Source of the DNA: an uncultured Gammaproteobacteria bacterium
GTDB taxonomy: Bacteria; Patescibacteriota; Microgenomatia; Daviesbacterales; UBA10151
Assembly: GCA_964415615.1 (NCBI GenBank)
Contig: CAYQAW010000003.1
Coordinates: 30,788-94,787 of the forward strand
Length of the DNA: 64,000 nucleotides
Direction: 5' to 3'
Position numbers and translations under genes: made by a program
Notes under the pieces: generated by a model
Databases searched by the model: none
Told to the model about the DNA's origin: nothing
Seen by the model: the letters and a program-made list of their open reading frames with translations, nothing else
Shown: positions 49,074-58,998 of the stretch, piece by piece
Numbering within the stretch: position 1 is the first letter of the stretch
How the letters are laid out: every line of letters starts with the position of its first letter

Positions 49074-50149
49074 GGATTGCAATTTATTCTCCATATTTAG
49101 ATACGTTTGGTGGGGGAGAGAAGTATATGATGACAATTGCAGAAGTACTCTCTTTACAAGCAAATGTAGATGTATTTTTGGATAAACATTTATATAACCT
49201 AGGAGCAAATTATTTAAAGAGTGAATTATCACAAAGATTCAATTTAAATTTAAATTCAGTTAATTTTACTTCCGCTCCAGTAGGGAAGCATTCATCTATT
49301 TTTTATCGCCCACTTTTTCTTAAAAATTATGATGTGCTTTTTTATTTGACTGATGGAAGCATTTTTTTTCCGACAGCAAAGAAGAATATATTACATATTC
49401 AGTCTCCCCTGGTGGGTCAGCCTGCCAAAAGCGCCTGGGGTAAATTTAAATTAAATGGTTGGGATTTAATCATCTATAATTCCGAATTCACGAAACAATC
49501 CGCCAATAAAAATTGGCCGATTAAATCGGAAATAATTTATCCTCCTATTGATGTAGATAAGATTAAACCTTTAAATAAACATAAATATATACTTTCGGTT
49601 GGTCGTTTCTTTGGATATTTAGAGGATAAAAAACAAAAAGTTTTGATAAAGGCTTTTAAAGAGCTTTTTGAAAGTGGCCAGATTGAAGGATGGGGTTTGC
49701 ATCTGGTGGGTGCAGCAGGAGATGGAGACAGGAATTATTTAGCAGATTTACATAACTTAGCAGAAGGTTTACCTATAAAATTTTATCCCAATTTAGAATA
49801 TGATAATCTTATAAAATCATACGGAGAGTCAAGTATTTATTGGCACGCAGCTGGATTTGAGGAAACTAATCCTATCAAGATGGAGCATTTTGGAATATCC
49901 ACAGTTGAAGCAATGGCAGGAGGATGTATACCGGTAGTAATAGGAAAAGGTGGACAAAGGGAGATTGTAGAAGATGGCAGATCAGGTTATTTGTGGGAAA
50001 CTTTAGATGATTTAAAAAAAAGAACCTTAGAGTTAATAGCAGATGATAGTTTAAGAGATAAGATGAGTAAACAAGCAATTACCAGAGCTAAAAATTTTAG
50101 TAATGAAATATTTGAAAATAAAATTCTTGGAATAATAAAAAATAGATGA
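49070..50149 (+). CDS. GT4 glycosyltransferase
   Basis: GGGE, NS.FT, IYPP.D, SVGRF...K, EHFGISTVEAMA.G..P. Confidence 0.92.
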   Translation: MRIAIYSPYLDTFGGGEKYMMTIAEVLSLQANVDVFLDKHLYNLGANYLKSELSQRFNLNLNSVNFTSAPVGKHSSIFYRPLFLKNYDVLFYLTDGSIFFPTAKKNILHIQSPLVGQPAKSAWGKFKLNGWDLIIYNSEFTKQSANKNWPIKSEIIYPPIDVDKIKPLNKHKYILSVGRFFGYLEDKKQKVLIKAFKELFESGQIEGWGLHLVGAAGDGDRNYLADLHNLAEGLPIKFYPNLEYDNLIKSYGESSIYWHAAGFEETNPIKMEHFGISTVEAMAGGCIPVVIGKGGQREIVEDGRSGYLWETLDDLKKRTLELIADDSLRDKMSKQAITRAKNFSNEIFENKILGIIKNR

Positions 50150-51273
50150 AAAAACTCTGGGTTGCTATAACTATAGGTGTAATACTGCGGGTATTTTTAT
50201 CTTTAACTACATATCACTCTGATATGGAGGTTTTTGATTTAGGAGGGAGACTTATTGCATCCGGTAATATTTTAAATCTTTATGATTTTAGTTCCTCCTC
50301 AGCTGTTTTTAATTATCCACCTGCAATATATTTATACCACGGGCTCTTTCGATTTTTATTTGATGGGATATCCTCCCCGTTTCTGTTGAAACTTCCCTAT
50401 TTTATTTTTGACTTAGTGATTGGTATTCTGCTTTTTAAATTATCAGAAAGAAAAGTTTTGGCATTTACCCTTTGGATGTTTAATCCAGTTAGTCTTTATG
50501 CTACATATATGATGGGCCAATTTGATATAATTCCTACTTGTTTTATCGTTTTATCCATCTATTTTGCTGTTAAGAACAGACTGGAATGGGCTGCTCTTTC
50601 TTTAGGATTTGGGATTGCTTTTAAAATATTTCCCGTATTTTTAGTTATTCCACTCATTATTTTTGGCAAAAATTATATGGATAAACTTAAATTGTTGATT
50701 CTTGCGGTATTGCCTTACATTTTGTCAATCATCCCATACATTTCTTCACATAGTTTTAGGGCGACTGCTTTATTTGCCAACCAAAGTTCGAAAAGTCTTT
50801 ATGCAAATATTCCTGTATCTGGTGGGGAGTCTATCATTTTATTTCCGACATTTTTAATTCTTTTTTATCTTTTCATTTGGGGCAAGAAAGTGTTTGCTAC
50901 AAAGATTGAGATATGGAAGTTATATGCGGTGCCCCTATTTTTATTCTTTATTTTTACTCATTATCATCCACAATGGTTAATTTGGCTTACTCCCCTGTTA
51001 ATTTTGGATTTAGTTTTAACTCAGTCAAAAAATTTAATACCAGTTTTTCTGATTTTTATTAGTTGGTTTACTTCCTTATTCTTTTTTGATCCATCACTCA
51101 CGTTGGGAATGTTTTCACCAATTGTGCCAGCGCTTCGGGATTTACCAAGTATCTGGACTCTATTTAATATAAACATAGATTATAATATTAGCAGAAGCAT
51201 AATCCAAACTATTCTTGTTGGATCTTCCTTATATTTAATATATGAGCATTTTTCTAAAAAGAGTAATGGTTAA
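50146..51273 (+). CDS. GT-C glycosyltransferase (GT87-like)
   Basis: HSDM, FNYPP, KLPY..FD, WMFNP, GQFDIIP, FK.FP, HPQW..W. Confidence 0.78.
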   Translation: MKKLWVAITIGVILRVFLSLTTYHSDMEVFDLGGRLIASGNILNLYDFSSSSAVFNYPPAIYLYHGLFRFLFDGISSPFLLKLPYFIFDLVIGILLFKLSERKVLAFTLWMFNPVSLYATYMMGQFDIIPTCFIVLSIYFAVKNRLEWAALSLGFGIAFKIFPVFLVIPLIIFGKNYMDKLKLLILAVLPYILSIIPYISSHSFRATALFANQSSKSLYANIPVSGGESIILFPTFLILFYLFIWGKKVFATKIEIWKLYAVPLFLFFIFTHYHPQWLIWLTPLLILDLVLTQSKNLIPVFLIFISWFTSLFFFDPSLTLGMFSPIVPALRDLPSIWTLFNINIDYNISRSIIQTILVGSSLYLIYEHFSKKSNG

Positions 51274-52762
51274 AAATGTAAATTTTAGAATAATAATTCC
51301 TCTACTTATTATTCTGTTATTTTTCTTACTTTTGTTTAGGTTTAGAATCACTCAAGCACCCCCTGGTATTAATGGTGATGAGGCTGCAATAGGCTATAAT
51401 GCTGTATTGGTTGCCAGAACTGGTTATGACCAAAGCGGCAGGTTTTTGCCGATATTTGTGTCAGCTTTTGATCTTAGCGATTGGAAGCAACCAGTTACCT
51501 TTTATTCAACAGTCTTAGCTTTTAAAATATTCGGACCATCATTTTCTGTGCTTCGAGAAGTTAGTGTTATTTTTGTGGTGATAAGCGGGCTATTAATATT
51601 TTTACTTACTAGAGAAATTTCAAATATAAAAGCAGCTTTTGTAAGTTTGTTAGTCTTTATGACAATCCCTGCAGTTTTGATTCAATCCCATTTAGCTCTG
51701 GAAAATATTGCCCCAGTTCCATTTACAATACTTTGGCTTTGGATGCTAGCAAAATATCAAAAAAGTTTTTATTCAAAATATCTGTACCTTTCTGCTATGT
51801 TTTTAGGTATTGGTTTGTTTACATATCCTGGCATGAGACTGATTGTACCAGTTTATGTTACTTTAACAATGATTTTTATATATTATCTTAATCATAAAAA
51901 AAGCTTTAAAAATATTGCCTTAGAAACGGTAAAATTTCTTGTAGTAGTTATGGTATTTCCTATTTTTATGTATTCAATAAAAAACCAGTATCCTGGAGCT
52001 ATTCTTGCCTATAATAGGCCCCGTAACGTTCAATCTTACCAGGAGTTTTTCTTGCCTTATATTTCTTCTTTTGATCCATCCTTCCTGTTTATTCAGGGTG
52101 ATTCTACTCCTTATCATTCAACTGGCAGACAGGGAGTTTTTTTGCTGGCGACATTGCCAATTTTTACTCTTGGAATATTTAAAATTGCTCAAAAAAAAGA
52201 CCCAATGCAAATTTTTATATTACTAACTTTCTTTCTGACGCCTCTACTTTATGGATTGGCAGCATCTTTTCATAGAGGGAGTAGGCTATTGGTTTTGTTG
52301 CCGCTGTACACAATTATTACCTGTCTAGGATTTTTCGTTCTCTTAAATATTAAAAATCACTGGGTAAGATTTGCGGCAGTTTTAATAGTAATGCTAATGG
52401 TAATTTTTAATTACGTGGATTTTGTCAGAGATTACTGGTATGAATATCCAAAGCGGGTTAAATCTGAGTTTGCAAAGCCTTATCAGTTAGTTTTCCAAAA
52501 AGCTTATAACCTAAGCAAAATAAAGAGTCTTAATCTATTTATCCAAAGTGATTTTCGTGATCAGAATAAGATCGCAGTTGATTTCTTTTCAAACTTATAT
52601 TTTCCTGGTGGGTTAAAGCTTTGGGATAGCAGTAAATCAATTCCCGAAAAGAGTATTATTATTGTTCCAAACTTTACTCCTTCCCAAAAGAAAGATATTA
52701 GTCAGGAGATGGTAGGTGATGGGGATTTCGGTATTTTGATAAATACTGAAAAAAAGAAATGA
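51266..52762 (+). CDS. GT-C glycosyltransferase (ArnT/PMT-like)
   Basis: PPGINGDEAAIGYNA...TG.DQ.G..LP, FLF..GD. Start moved to ATG 51266. Confidence 0.85.
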   Translation: MVKNVNFRIIIPLLIILLFFLLLFRFRITQAPPGINGDEAAIGYNAVLVARTGYDQSGRFLPIFVSAFDLSDWKQPVTFYSTVLAFKIFGPSFSVLREVSVIFVVISGLLIFLLTREISNIKAAFVSLLVFMTIPAVLIQSHLALENIAPVPFTILWLWMLAKYQKSFYSKYLYLSAMFLGIGLFTYPGMRLIVPVYVTLTMIFIYYLNHKKSFKNIALETVKFLVVVMVFPIFMYSIKNQYPGAILAYNRPRNVQSYQEFFLPYISSFDPSFLFIQGDSTPYHSTGRQGVFLLATLPIFTLGIFKIAQKKDPMQIFILLTFFLTPLLYGLAASFHRGSRLLVLLPLYTIITCLGFFVLLNIKNHWVRFAAVLIVMLMVIFNYVDFVRDYWYEYPKRVKSEFAKPYQLVFQKAYNLSKIKSLNLFIQSDFRDQNKIAVDFFSNLYFPGGLKLWDSSKSIPEKSIIIVPNFTPSQKKDISQEMVGDGDFGILINTEKKK

Positions 52763-53448
52763 TGAAACTGTTTAGAAATAAGGAGTTATTGATTCTTCTG
52801 TTTGTAATTATTCTAAACCCATGGTGGTGGGTTGTTATTCAAAGGAATCTATTAGTTGGTATATTAGTTTTTAGTTTAAGCTTTGTAAATTTTATATATT
52901 TTTGGCAAATCGAATCCAAAAAACTCATTTTCTTGCTGATAATGTTAACAATGGCTGTATTTTTTATTGCAGCAAGAGAGGCTTTCGATGAAAGTATTTT
53001 TAGTAAATCTGCTCTTGATATACAACAGTATTATAAGAGACATGAATTTTATGCTAAGGAATTGGGTAAAATATATACAAATAGGATCTCTTTAGCCTAT
53101 TTTAAGGATTTTAATTTACCAATTTACAAATTGCAGCACAACTTTTTTGCCAATTTAGATCCAAATTTATATTTTTTTAAGAGTCACCCCAGAGAAAGAA
53201 TAGGTGTTGAAGAGTTTGAAAAATATTTACCTATTTTTTTACCTTTTTTCTTGGTAGGATTTCTGTACATTATCTGTAAGTCGCTTCCGAAGATCCTGAT
53301 ATATACAGTTATTATCTCACTCATTAGTTCTCTTATTTCTCCTAAATTTAACTTAGGACCAATATTGTTTTTTCCGATAATCAATTTCATGGTTACAATC
53401 GGAATTATTTTAAGCTCGAAGAGTTTTAGAAAGATAAATGAAACTTAA
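52759..53448 (+). CDS. Short membrane protein resembling the C-terminal half of the neighbouring GT-Cs
   Basis: NFF.NLDPNLYFF..HPR resembles NY..HF.P.FLF..GD.N.RH of its neighbours; lacks the N-terminal DE loop. Confidence 0.55.
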   Translation: MMKLFRNKELLILLFVIILNPWWWVVIQRNLLVGILVFSLSFVNFIYFWQIESKKLIFLLIMLTMAVFFIAAREAFDESIFSKSALDIQQYYKRHEFYAKELGKIYTNRISLAYFKDFNLPIYKLQHNFFANLDPNLYFFKSHPRERIGVEEFEKYLPIFLPFFLVGFLYIICKSLPKILIYTVIISLISSLISPKFNLGPILFFPIINFMVTIGIILSSKSFRKINET

Positions 53449-55069
53449 CTGGAAACAAATAATTATTTTTATTTCTATTATAGTTATTAGTTCGGCTTTG
53501 AGATTTTATCAAATAGGTATTATTCCTCCTGGATTAATAATTGATGAAGCATCTGAGGGATATAATTCTTTTTCCATATTACATACTGGTAAAGATCGTT
53601 ATGGACAAAGTTTCCCCATCCTTTTTAGATCCTTTGGATCATTCCAGGCTCCACTGTATACATATCTCTCGGTGATCCCAATCTATTATTGGGGGGATTC
53701 AATATTTTCTATTCATTTTATTTCTGCAGTTTCAGGAACGTTATTGGTAATTATTAGTTTTCTCTTACTGTCTCCTATTGCTGCTTTTTTAGTTGCAATT
53801 GCTCCATGGGCAGTATTTTTTTCCCGAATTGGAACGGAAGCAAATTTAGGTGTAACATTGTTTGCTTTAAGTTTTTTAATGTTTTATTTATCATTAAGAA
53901 GTTATCGATTCTTTCCTGTAGCGACATTTATTTTAGGTTTATCTACTCATGCTTATTATAGCGAACGAGTGGTCAGTGTACTTTTTTTAATTGGTTTTAT
54001 ATTGTTATTTAGGAAAACTCTTTTTTTAAAAAAGAAGTTTTTGATAGTAGGGTTAATATTTTTTGTGCTTACTCAAATTCCTCATCTATTAATTGTTAAT
54101 TCCGGAGCATTTACCAGGAGACTTTCTCAAGTAGATTACTTTAATAATCAATTTTTTCAGGATAATAGCGCAGATCTTCGCTTTATCCCTTTTGGCAGAC
54201 CTGTATTTATTATTAGAGAATTCTTAAGTCAGTATCAAGCTTATTTTTCTCCCAATAATCTATTTTTTAGCCCCGATCCTCAGGGAGCACGTTCGATGCC
54301 AGATATTTCTGTATTTTATAGTTGGATGATTATCCCGTTTTTCTTTGGGTTGCGGTCACTCTTGAAAAATCGTTTTTCACAGCTTAATAAAATGATTATA
54401 TTACTGCTTATTTTAGCTCCAATTCCATCTAGTCTTACAAGGGATCCTTTCTCGACTATCAGGGGTCTTGTTTTTCTGTGGGCGGTGACTTTGGTTGTTA
54501 GCTTTGGCCTATATGAGATATGGTGTCTGTCTAAATATTTTAAAATTAAAGCTTTTGTTTTAACTGTGATAATTATTTTTTCTTTATTCCAGCTATATCT
54601 TTCCTACTTTATTCTTTTAAAATATGAACGTTCTGAGAATTATGGCTATGTCTATTTAAAGTTGTTAGAAATAACTGAACAAATGAAAGATAAAAAATTT
54701 GTTATTGATTCATCAAGAGATTTGGCAGTAGGGATTAGGTTTGCATATCTAAAAAAATACGATCCACGGTCCTTTCAAGAAATATTGGGTAATAAAATTA
54801 AAAATCAATATTATAGTAATTTTGAATTTGATGAACCTTATGTTTTGGATAATATTGAAGCAAGGCCAATTAGTTGGCGAGAAGATGCCTGCAAAAAGCA
54901 GATTCTAGTAGGGGATCTATTGGCAATCTCTGATGGTCAAGTAAAAGAGCATCAGTTAAGTTTTCTTTTTGATATTAAAGATATGGCAGGGGATGTATTT
55001 TTGAAAGCTTATGAAACAAATCCTGACACAAAATGTAATTTAAATATAAAAAATTTGTTGAATGAATAA
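53438..55069 (+). CDS. GT-C glycosyltransferase (ArnT/PMT-like)
   Basis: PPGLIIDEASEGYNS..TG.DRYG..P, APW..FSR..TEA. Confidence 0.85.
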   Translation: MKLNWKQIIIFISIIVISSALRFYQIGIIPPGLIIDEASEGYNSFSILHTGKDRYGQSFPILFRSFGSFQAPLYTYLSVIPIYYWGDSIFSIHFISAVSGTLLVIISFLLLSPIAAFLVAIAPWAVFFSRIGTEANLGVTLFALSFLMFYLSLRSYRFFPVATFILGLSTHAYYSERVVSVLFLIGFILLFRKTLFLKKKFLIVGLIFFVLTQIPHLLIVNSGAFTRRLSQVDYFNNQFFQDNSADLRFIPFGRPVFIIREFLSQYQAYFSPNNLFFSPDPQGARSMPDISVFYSWMIIPFFFGLRSLLKNRFSQLNKMIILLLILAPIPSSLTRDPFSTIRGLVFLWAVTLVVSFGLYEIWCLSKYFKIKAFVLTVIIIFSLFQLYLSYFILLKYERSENYGYVYLKLLEITEQMKDKKFVIDSSRDLAVGIRFAYLKKYDPRSFQEILGNKIKNQYYSNFEFDEPYVLDNIEARPISWREDACKKQILVGDLLAISDGQVKEHQLSFLFDIKDMAGDVFLKAYETNPDTKCNLNIKNLLNE

Positions 55070-56651
55070 AAATCATCTTATATTTTTGTTATTAATTATC
55101 TCTGCCACCTTTGTTATAAGGATTATAAATTTATCTTTTCCTTCTTTTACCTCAGGTGAGGCGAGGATAGCTTATAGAGGATATACGCTAGCAACTTATG
55201 GTAAGGATGAACTTGGGAGATCATTCCCGCTACTATTTAATTCCCTGGAAGATTACCAATTGCCTGTGGTTTCGTATCTTACTGCCAGTGGAGAATTCAT
55301 ATTCGGCAAATCGGAATTCGGAGCCAGAATACCTTTTATTATAATAGGGGTAGTGCTGGTTTTTCTTATATATCAAATTGCAAAGATTTTTAGTCCAGAT
55401 CCTCTTTTTTGGTTTATTAGCGCTTCAGTTGCAGCATTTTCACCTCCTTTGATTTTTTTATCTAAAATACCAAATGAAACAATCGTACTCACATTTATTT
55501 TCACCCTGCTTTTTTATTTACTAGTCAGCAAGAGAAATTTACTGCTTATTATGCTGACTATGGTTATATCTGTTTTGATATCTAAACAAGCCTGGTTTAT
55601 TTTGTTGCCTTTTACATTGTTTACATTATTTTTTTATCAAGAATCAACGGATAAAAAGAAAAGATTTACGCTGATTGTTTATTCTGCAATTATAGTTTTT
55701 TTGACATTTACGCTATTTTTAAATGTTCCTCAATCCAAACGGAGTCTTTCGGAAAATAATTTTTCAATTTTTTCCGATGTAACCATAAAAAATGGCATAG
55801 ACAGATTAAGAGGACAAGGTCAGGAATCTGGTTGGCCTCAAGCAGCCAGTAGGATTGTTTTTAACAAGACGCATTTTTTAACAGCAGGTTTTTTACATTG
55901 GTTATCCAATATCAGTCCAGCTGTCTATTTTGGGCAATTTGATGGAAATGGAGAATGGAGTTATTCCTATTTAGGCGCTTGGCCTAAGATTTTAATCATA
56001 CCTTTTATCTTTGGACTATTTTTCTTAATAAGAAGGGGTGAGCAAAAGAAAAGATTGTTGATAGTGTATTTCTTGCTTTTAACTTTTCCATCTTTATTGA
56101 TCTATCCCAGCTTAAGCTTGGAACTGGTTGTATTAACACTACCTTTTATGGCTTTGGTAATAGCATTTGGATTCGGACAATTAAACAAAAAGATTACAAT
56201 TTTAATATTTTTTTTGGTAATTATGGAACTGGCGATAAATATATTTAATCTAAACCCTGATTATAAAAACACTACTGCTTTACGGCCTTCATGGGTTAAC
56301 AAACTGGTCGATAATGTTTTTGAAAAATCAAGCAATTTCAAAACAGCAATATCAGATGATATCACTTTAGATATTGTCTCCTATATTGAATGGTACACAT
56401 CTGTTAATTCTCAGGCTGGATTTCAGCCGATTCCCTCCCCATATAAATTCCGTCAGTATCAGTTGGCTAATATTAAAATTATCGGTTCTGATGAAAAATT
56501 TACAACCTGCAGTGTAAATGAAAAAATGGAAGTATTTGTCAGTAAACGTGACATTAATAAGATAGATGAATTCAATATTCAAACAACCAAGGTTTATAAA
56601 GATAAAAATAATATGGAAAAAGCTTATTTGATACAAGGGGTTTGTATATGA
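55062..56651 (+). CDS. GT-C glycosyltransferase paralog with degenerate DE motif
   Basis: PSFTSGEARIAYRGY...GKDELG..P (GE in place of DE). Confidence 0.75.
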   Translation: MNKNHLIFLLLIISATFVIRIINLSFPSFTSGEARIAYRGYTLATYGKDELGRSFPLLFNSLEDYQLPVVSYLTASGEFIFGKSEFGARIPFIIIGVVLVFLIYQIAKIFSPDPLFWFISASVAAFSPPLIFLSKIPNETIVLTFIFTLLFYLLVSKRNLLLIMLTMVISVLISKQAWFILLPFTLFTLFFYQESTDKKKRFTLIVYSAIIVFLTFTLFLNVPQSKRSLSENNFSIFSDVTIKNGIDRLRGQGQESGWPQAASRIVFNKTHFLTAGFLHWLSNISPAVYFGQFDGNGEWSYSYLGAWPKILIIPFIFGLFFLIRRGEQKKRLLIVYFLLLTFPSLLIYPSLSLELVVLTLPFMALVIAFGFGQLNKKITILIFFLVIMELAINIFNLNPDYKNTTALRPSWVNKLVDNVFEKSSNFKTAISDDITLDIVSYIEWYTSVNSQAGFQPIPSPYKFRQYQLANIKIIGSDEKFTTCSVNEKMEVFVSKRDINKIDEFNIQTTKVYKDKNNMEKAYLIQGVCI

Positions 56652-58261
56652 GTATCAAATACTTGATTTTGGCAATAATAGTTTTGATAGGAATATTTTT
56701 ACGCTTTTACCGGCTTGCTGATTTCCCGGTTCAATTAAATCATGATGAAGTATCACAATTATATGATGCAATCTCCATTACAGAAACAAAAAGGGATATT
56801 TATGGGAATTTTATGCCTTTGGCCTTTCCTTCAATTGGCGAATATAAAGTGGGGCATTATATTTATATAACTTCCGTTTTTTACAAAATATTTGGTAATC
56901 ATGAAGTGACAATAAGGATTCCGGCAGCATTTTTCGGTAGTCTAACCGTTTTGGCGGTTTTTCTATTTACAAGAAAATTAACAGATAATTGGATACTTGC
57001 CTTACTAGGTGCTTTGATGGTAGCTGTTACACCTTCTGAAATATTTTATTCTAGAAAAAGTTTTGAAAACGTAATAGGAATTAGTTTAGATTTTCTTGGA
57101 TTATATTGTTTATTAAAGGGTTTTGACTTAAAAAGAGATTATTTATGGAGCATTATTGGAATATTTATTTTAGTATTAGCTATGTACATTTATACTTCTC
57201 AAACTATTATAATACCTTTATTGTTTTTACTTTTTACAACTATATATAGAAAAAAAATAAAGATTAAGAGCAAAAAATTTATCACCCTTTCTGTTATATG
57301 GATATTGCTAATTATCCCACTTTTGTTTGTAACTATCACAAATTCAGGATTGAGGTTTAGAGCTGCCTCGGTATTTATCACTCAGGATGTTGGTTTAGGG
57401 AGATTAATAGGATTAACTGAAAATCCTGTTAAAGCTTTCCTTGATTATGGTTTTACTAGATATCTCAATCAGTTTAATCTAAAATATCTCTTTGCTAATG
57501 GTTTAGAGTTAACGAATCAGGGATTAATTGGTTCTGGTCCTCTCTTATTATGGCAGTTGCCCTTTTTTATTTTGGGAATTTTATTTCTTGTTAAAAACAA
57601 GGATCTAGATAATCCAAAGAAATTACTTTTGGGAATGCTTTTAGTAGCTATGATTCCATCTGCATTAACTTTTGAAGTATTTAGCCCTCATAGAGCAATG
57701 CTGGCGTTTTCTAGTATAAGTATTATCTCAGCTTTTGGAATATATTGGTTTTTAGAAAGAGTAAAAGGATTAATTATCTTTAGACTTAAGGTTTTAATTC
57801 TCGTCCTTATTTTTTTCGCACTTTCTTTAAATGTAATTTATTTTTTCTATATATATATGGTTAGTTATCCATATGAAAAGTCACAAAATCTACAATATCC
57901 GTTTAAGCAAGTTGCCCAGTTTGCCTGGTTGCAATACAATAATTATGATCAAATTATCTTTGATCCTAAATTTGGAGAGGCAGCGCCTGTTATAGGAGTA
58001 GGAGCGAACTATTATCTGGCATATTATGGGAATTATTCACCAAAAAATTTTCAAAAAAGATATCAAATAAATAACCAGGGATTATTTTTTGATAAATTTT
58101 CAATTAGAGAAGTTTTTTGGGCTAAAGATAAAGATTTAAGTAAGGTTTTAATTATTGGAAGTTCTTGGAGTTTACCGGTACAATCTATTAATAAAGATAA
58201 AATACTAAAGACATTTTATTTTTATGATGGTAAGCCTGCTTTTTATGCAATAGAATTATGA
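56648..58261 (+). CDS. GT-C glycosyltransferase (ArnT/PMT-like)
   Basis: LNHDEVSQLYDA..T.RD.YG..P, GEYK, SR..FE, PHR. ATGA-coupled start 56648. Confidence 0.85.
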   Translation: MSIKYLILAIIVLIGIFLRFYRLADFPVQLNHDEVSQLYDAISITETKRDIYGNFMPLAFPSIGEYKVGHYIYITSVFYKIFGNHEVTIRIPAAFFGSLTVLAVFLFTRKLTDNWILALLGALMVAVTPSEIFYSRKSFENVIGISLDFLGLYCLLKGFDLKRDYLWSIIGIFILVLAMYIYTSQTIIIPLLFLLFTTIYRKKIKIKSKKFITLSVIWILLIIPLLFVTITNSGLRFRAASVFITQDVGLGRLIGLTENPVKAFLDYGFTRYLNQFNLKYLFANGLELTNQGLIGSGPLLLWQLPFFILGILFLVKNKDLDNPKKLLLGMLLVAMIPSALTFEVFSPHRAMLAFSSISIISAFGIYWFLERVKGLIIFRLKVLILVLIFFALSLNVIYFFYIYMVSYPYEKSQNLQYPFKQVAQFAWLQYNNYDQIIFDPKFGEAAPVIGVGANYYLAYYGNYSPKNFQKRYQINNQGLFFDKFSIREVFWAKDKDLSKVLIIGSSWSLPVQSINKDKILKTFYFYDGKPAFYAIEL

Positions 58262-58998
58262 AAGACCCAAAAGTTATTATTGTTATGCCTGCATATAATG
58301 CATCAAAAACAGTGAAAGATACTTACGAAGAAATTCCCATTAAGTACAGAAATAATATTATTTTAGTAGATGATGGAAGTAAAGACGAAACAGTAGCGAT
58401 TGCCAAGAACTTGGGTATAAACGTTTTTGCACATCCAAACAATTTAGGGTATGGAGGCAATCAGAAGACTTGTTATTGGGAAGCATTGAAAGAAAATCCG
58501 GATATCGTTGTAATGCTGCACCCTGATTATCAATACGATGCTAAATTAATAGAAGAGTTGATAAGGCCAATTTTAGACGGCCGTTATGATTTTATGTTTG
58601 GGTCCAGGATTCAAAGCAGACAATCTGCTTTGTCAGGAGGCATGCCTAAAATCAAATATTATGTGAACAGGATAGTTTGTATTTTGGAAAATATCTTGCT
58701 TGACGTTAATTTTTCTGAACATTTCTCAGGATTTCGGGCATATTCAGCTAAAGTCTTAAAAACAGTCCCTTTCCAGCGTTTTTCTAATGATTTTGTTTTC
58801 GACCAAGAGATAACTATTTCAGCTTTAAGCCATGGCTTTAAAATAGGAGAGATTCCCATTCCTACCAGATATCATGAAAAAGCATCCTCGATACAATTTT
58901 TAAAGGGCACTAAATTTATTTTGGATACTTTCTGGATTATTATAGTTTATAAACTATATAAAGCGGGCTTAATCAGAAGTAATATCTTTTCTAAATAG
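58258..58998 (+). CDS. GT2 polyprenyl-phosphate-sugar synthase-like protein
   Basis: VMPAYNA, VDDGSKD, NLGYGGNQKTCY, LHPDYQY, SGFRAY. Confidence 0.9.
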   Translation: MKDPKVIIVMPAYNASKTVKDTYEEIPIKYRNNIILVDDGSKDETVAIAKNLGINVFAHPNNLGYGGNQKTCYWEALKENPDIVVMLHPDYQYDAKLIEELIRPILDGRYDFMFGSRIQSRQSALSGGMPKIKYYVNRIVCILENILLDVNFSEHFSGFRAYSAKVLKTVPFQRFSNDFVFDQEITISALSHGFKIGEIPIPTRYHEKASSIQFLKGTKFILDTFWIIIVYKLYKAGLIRSNIFSK

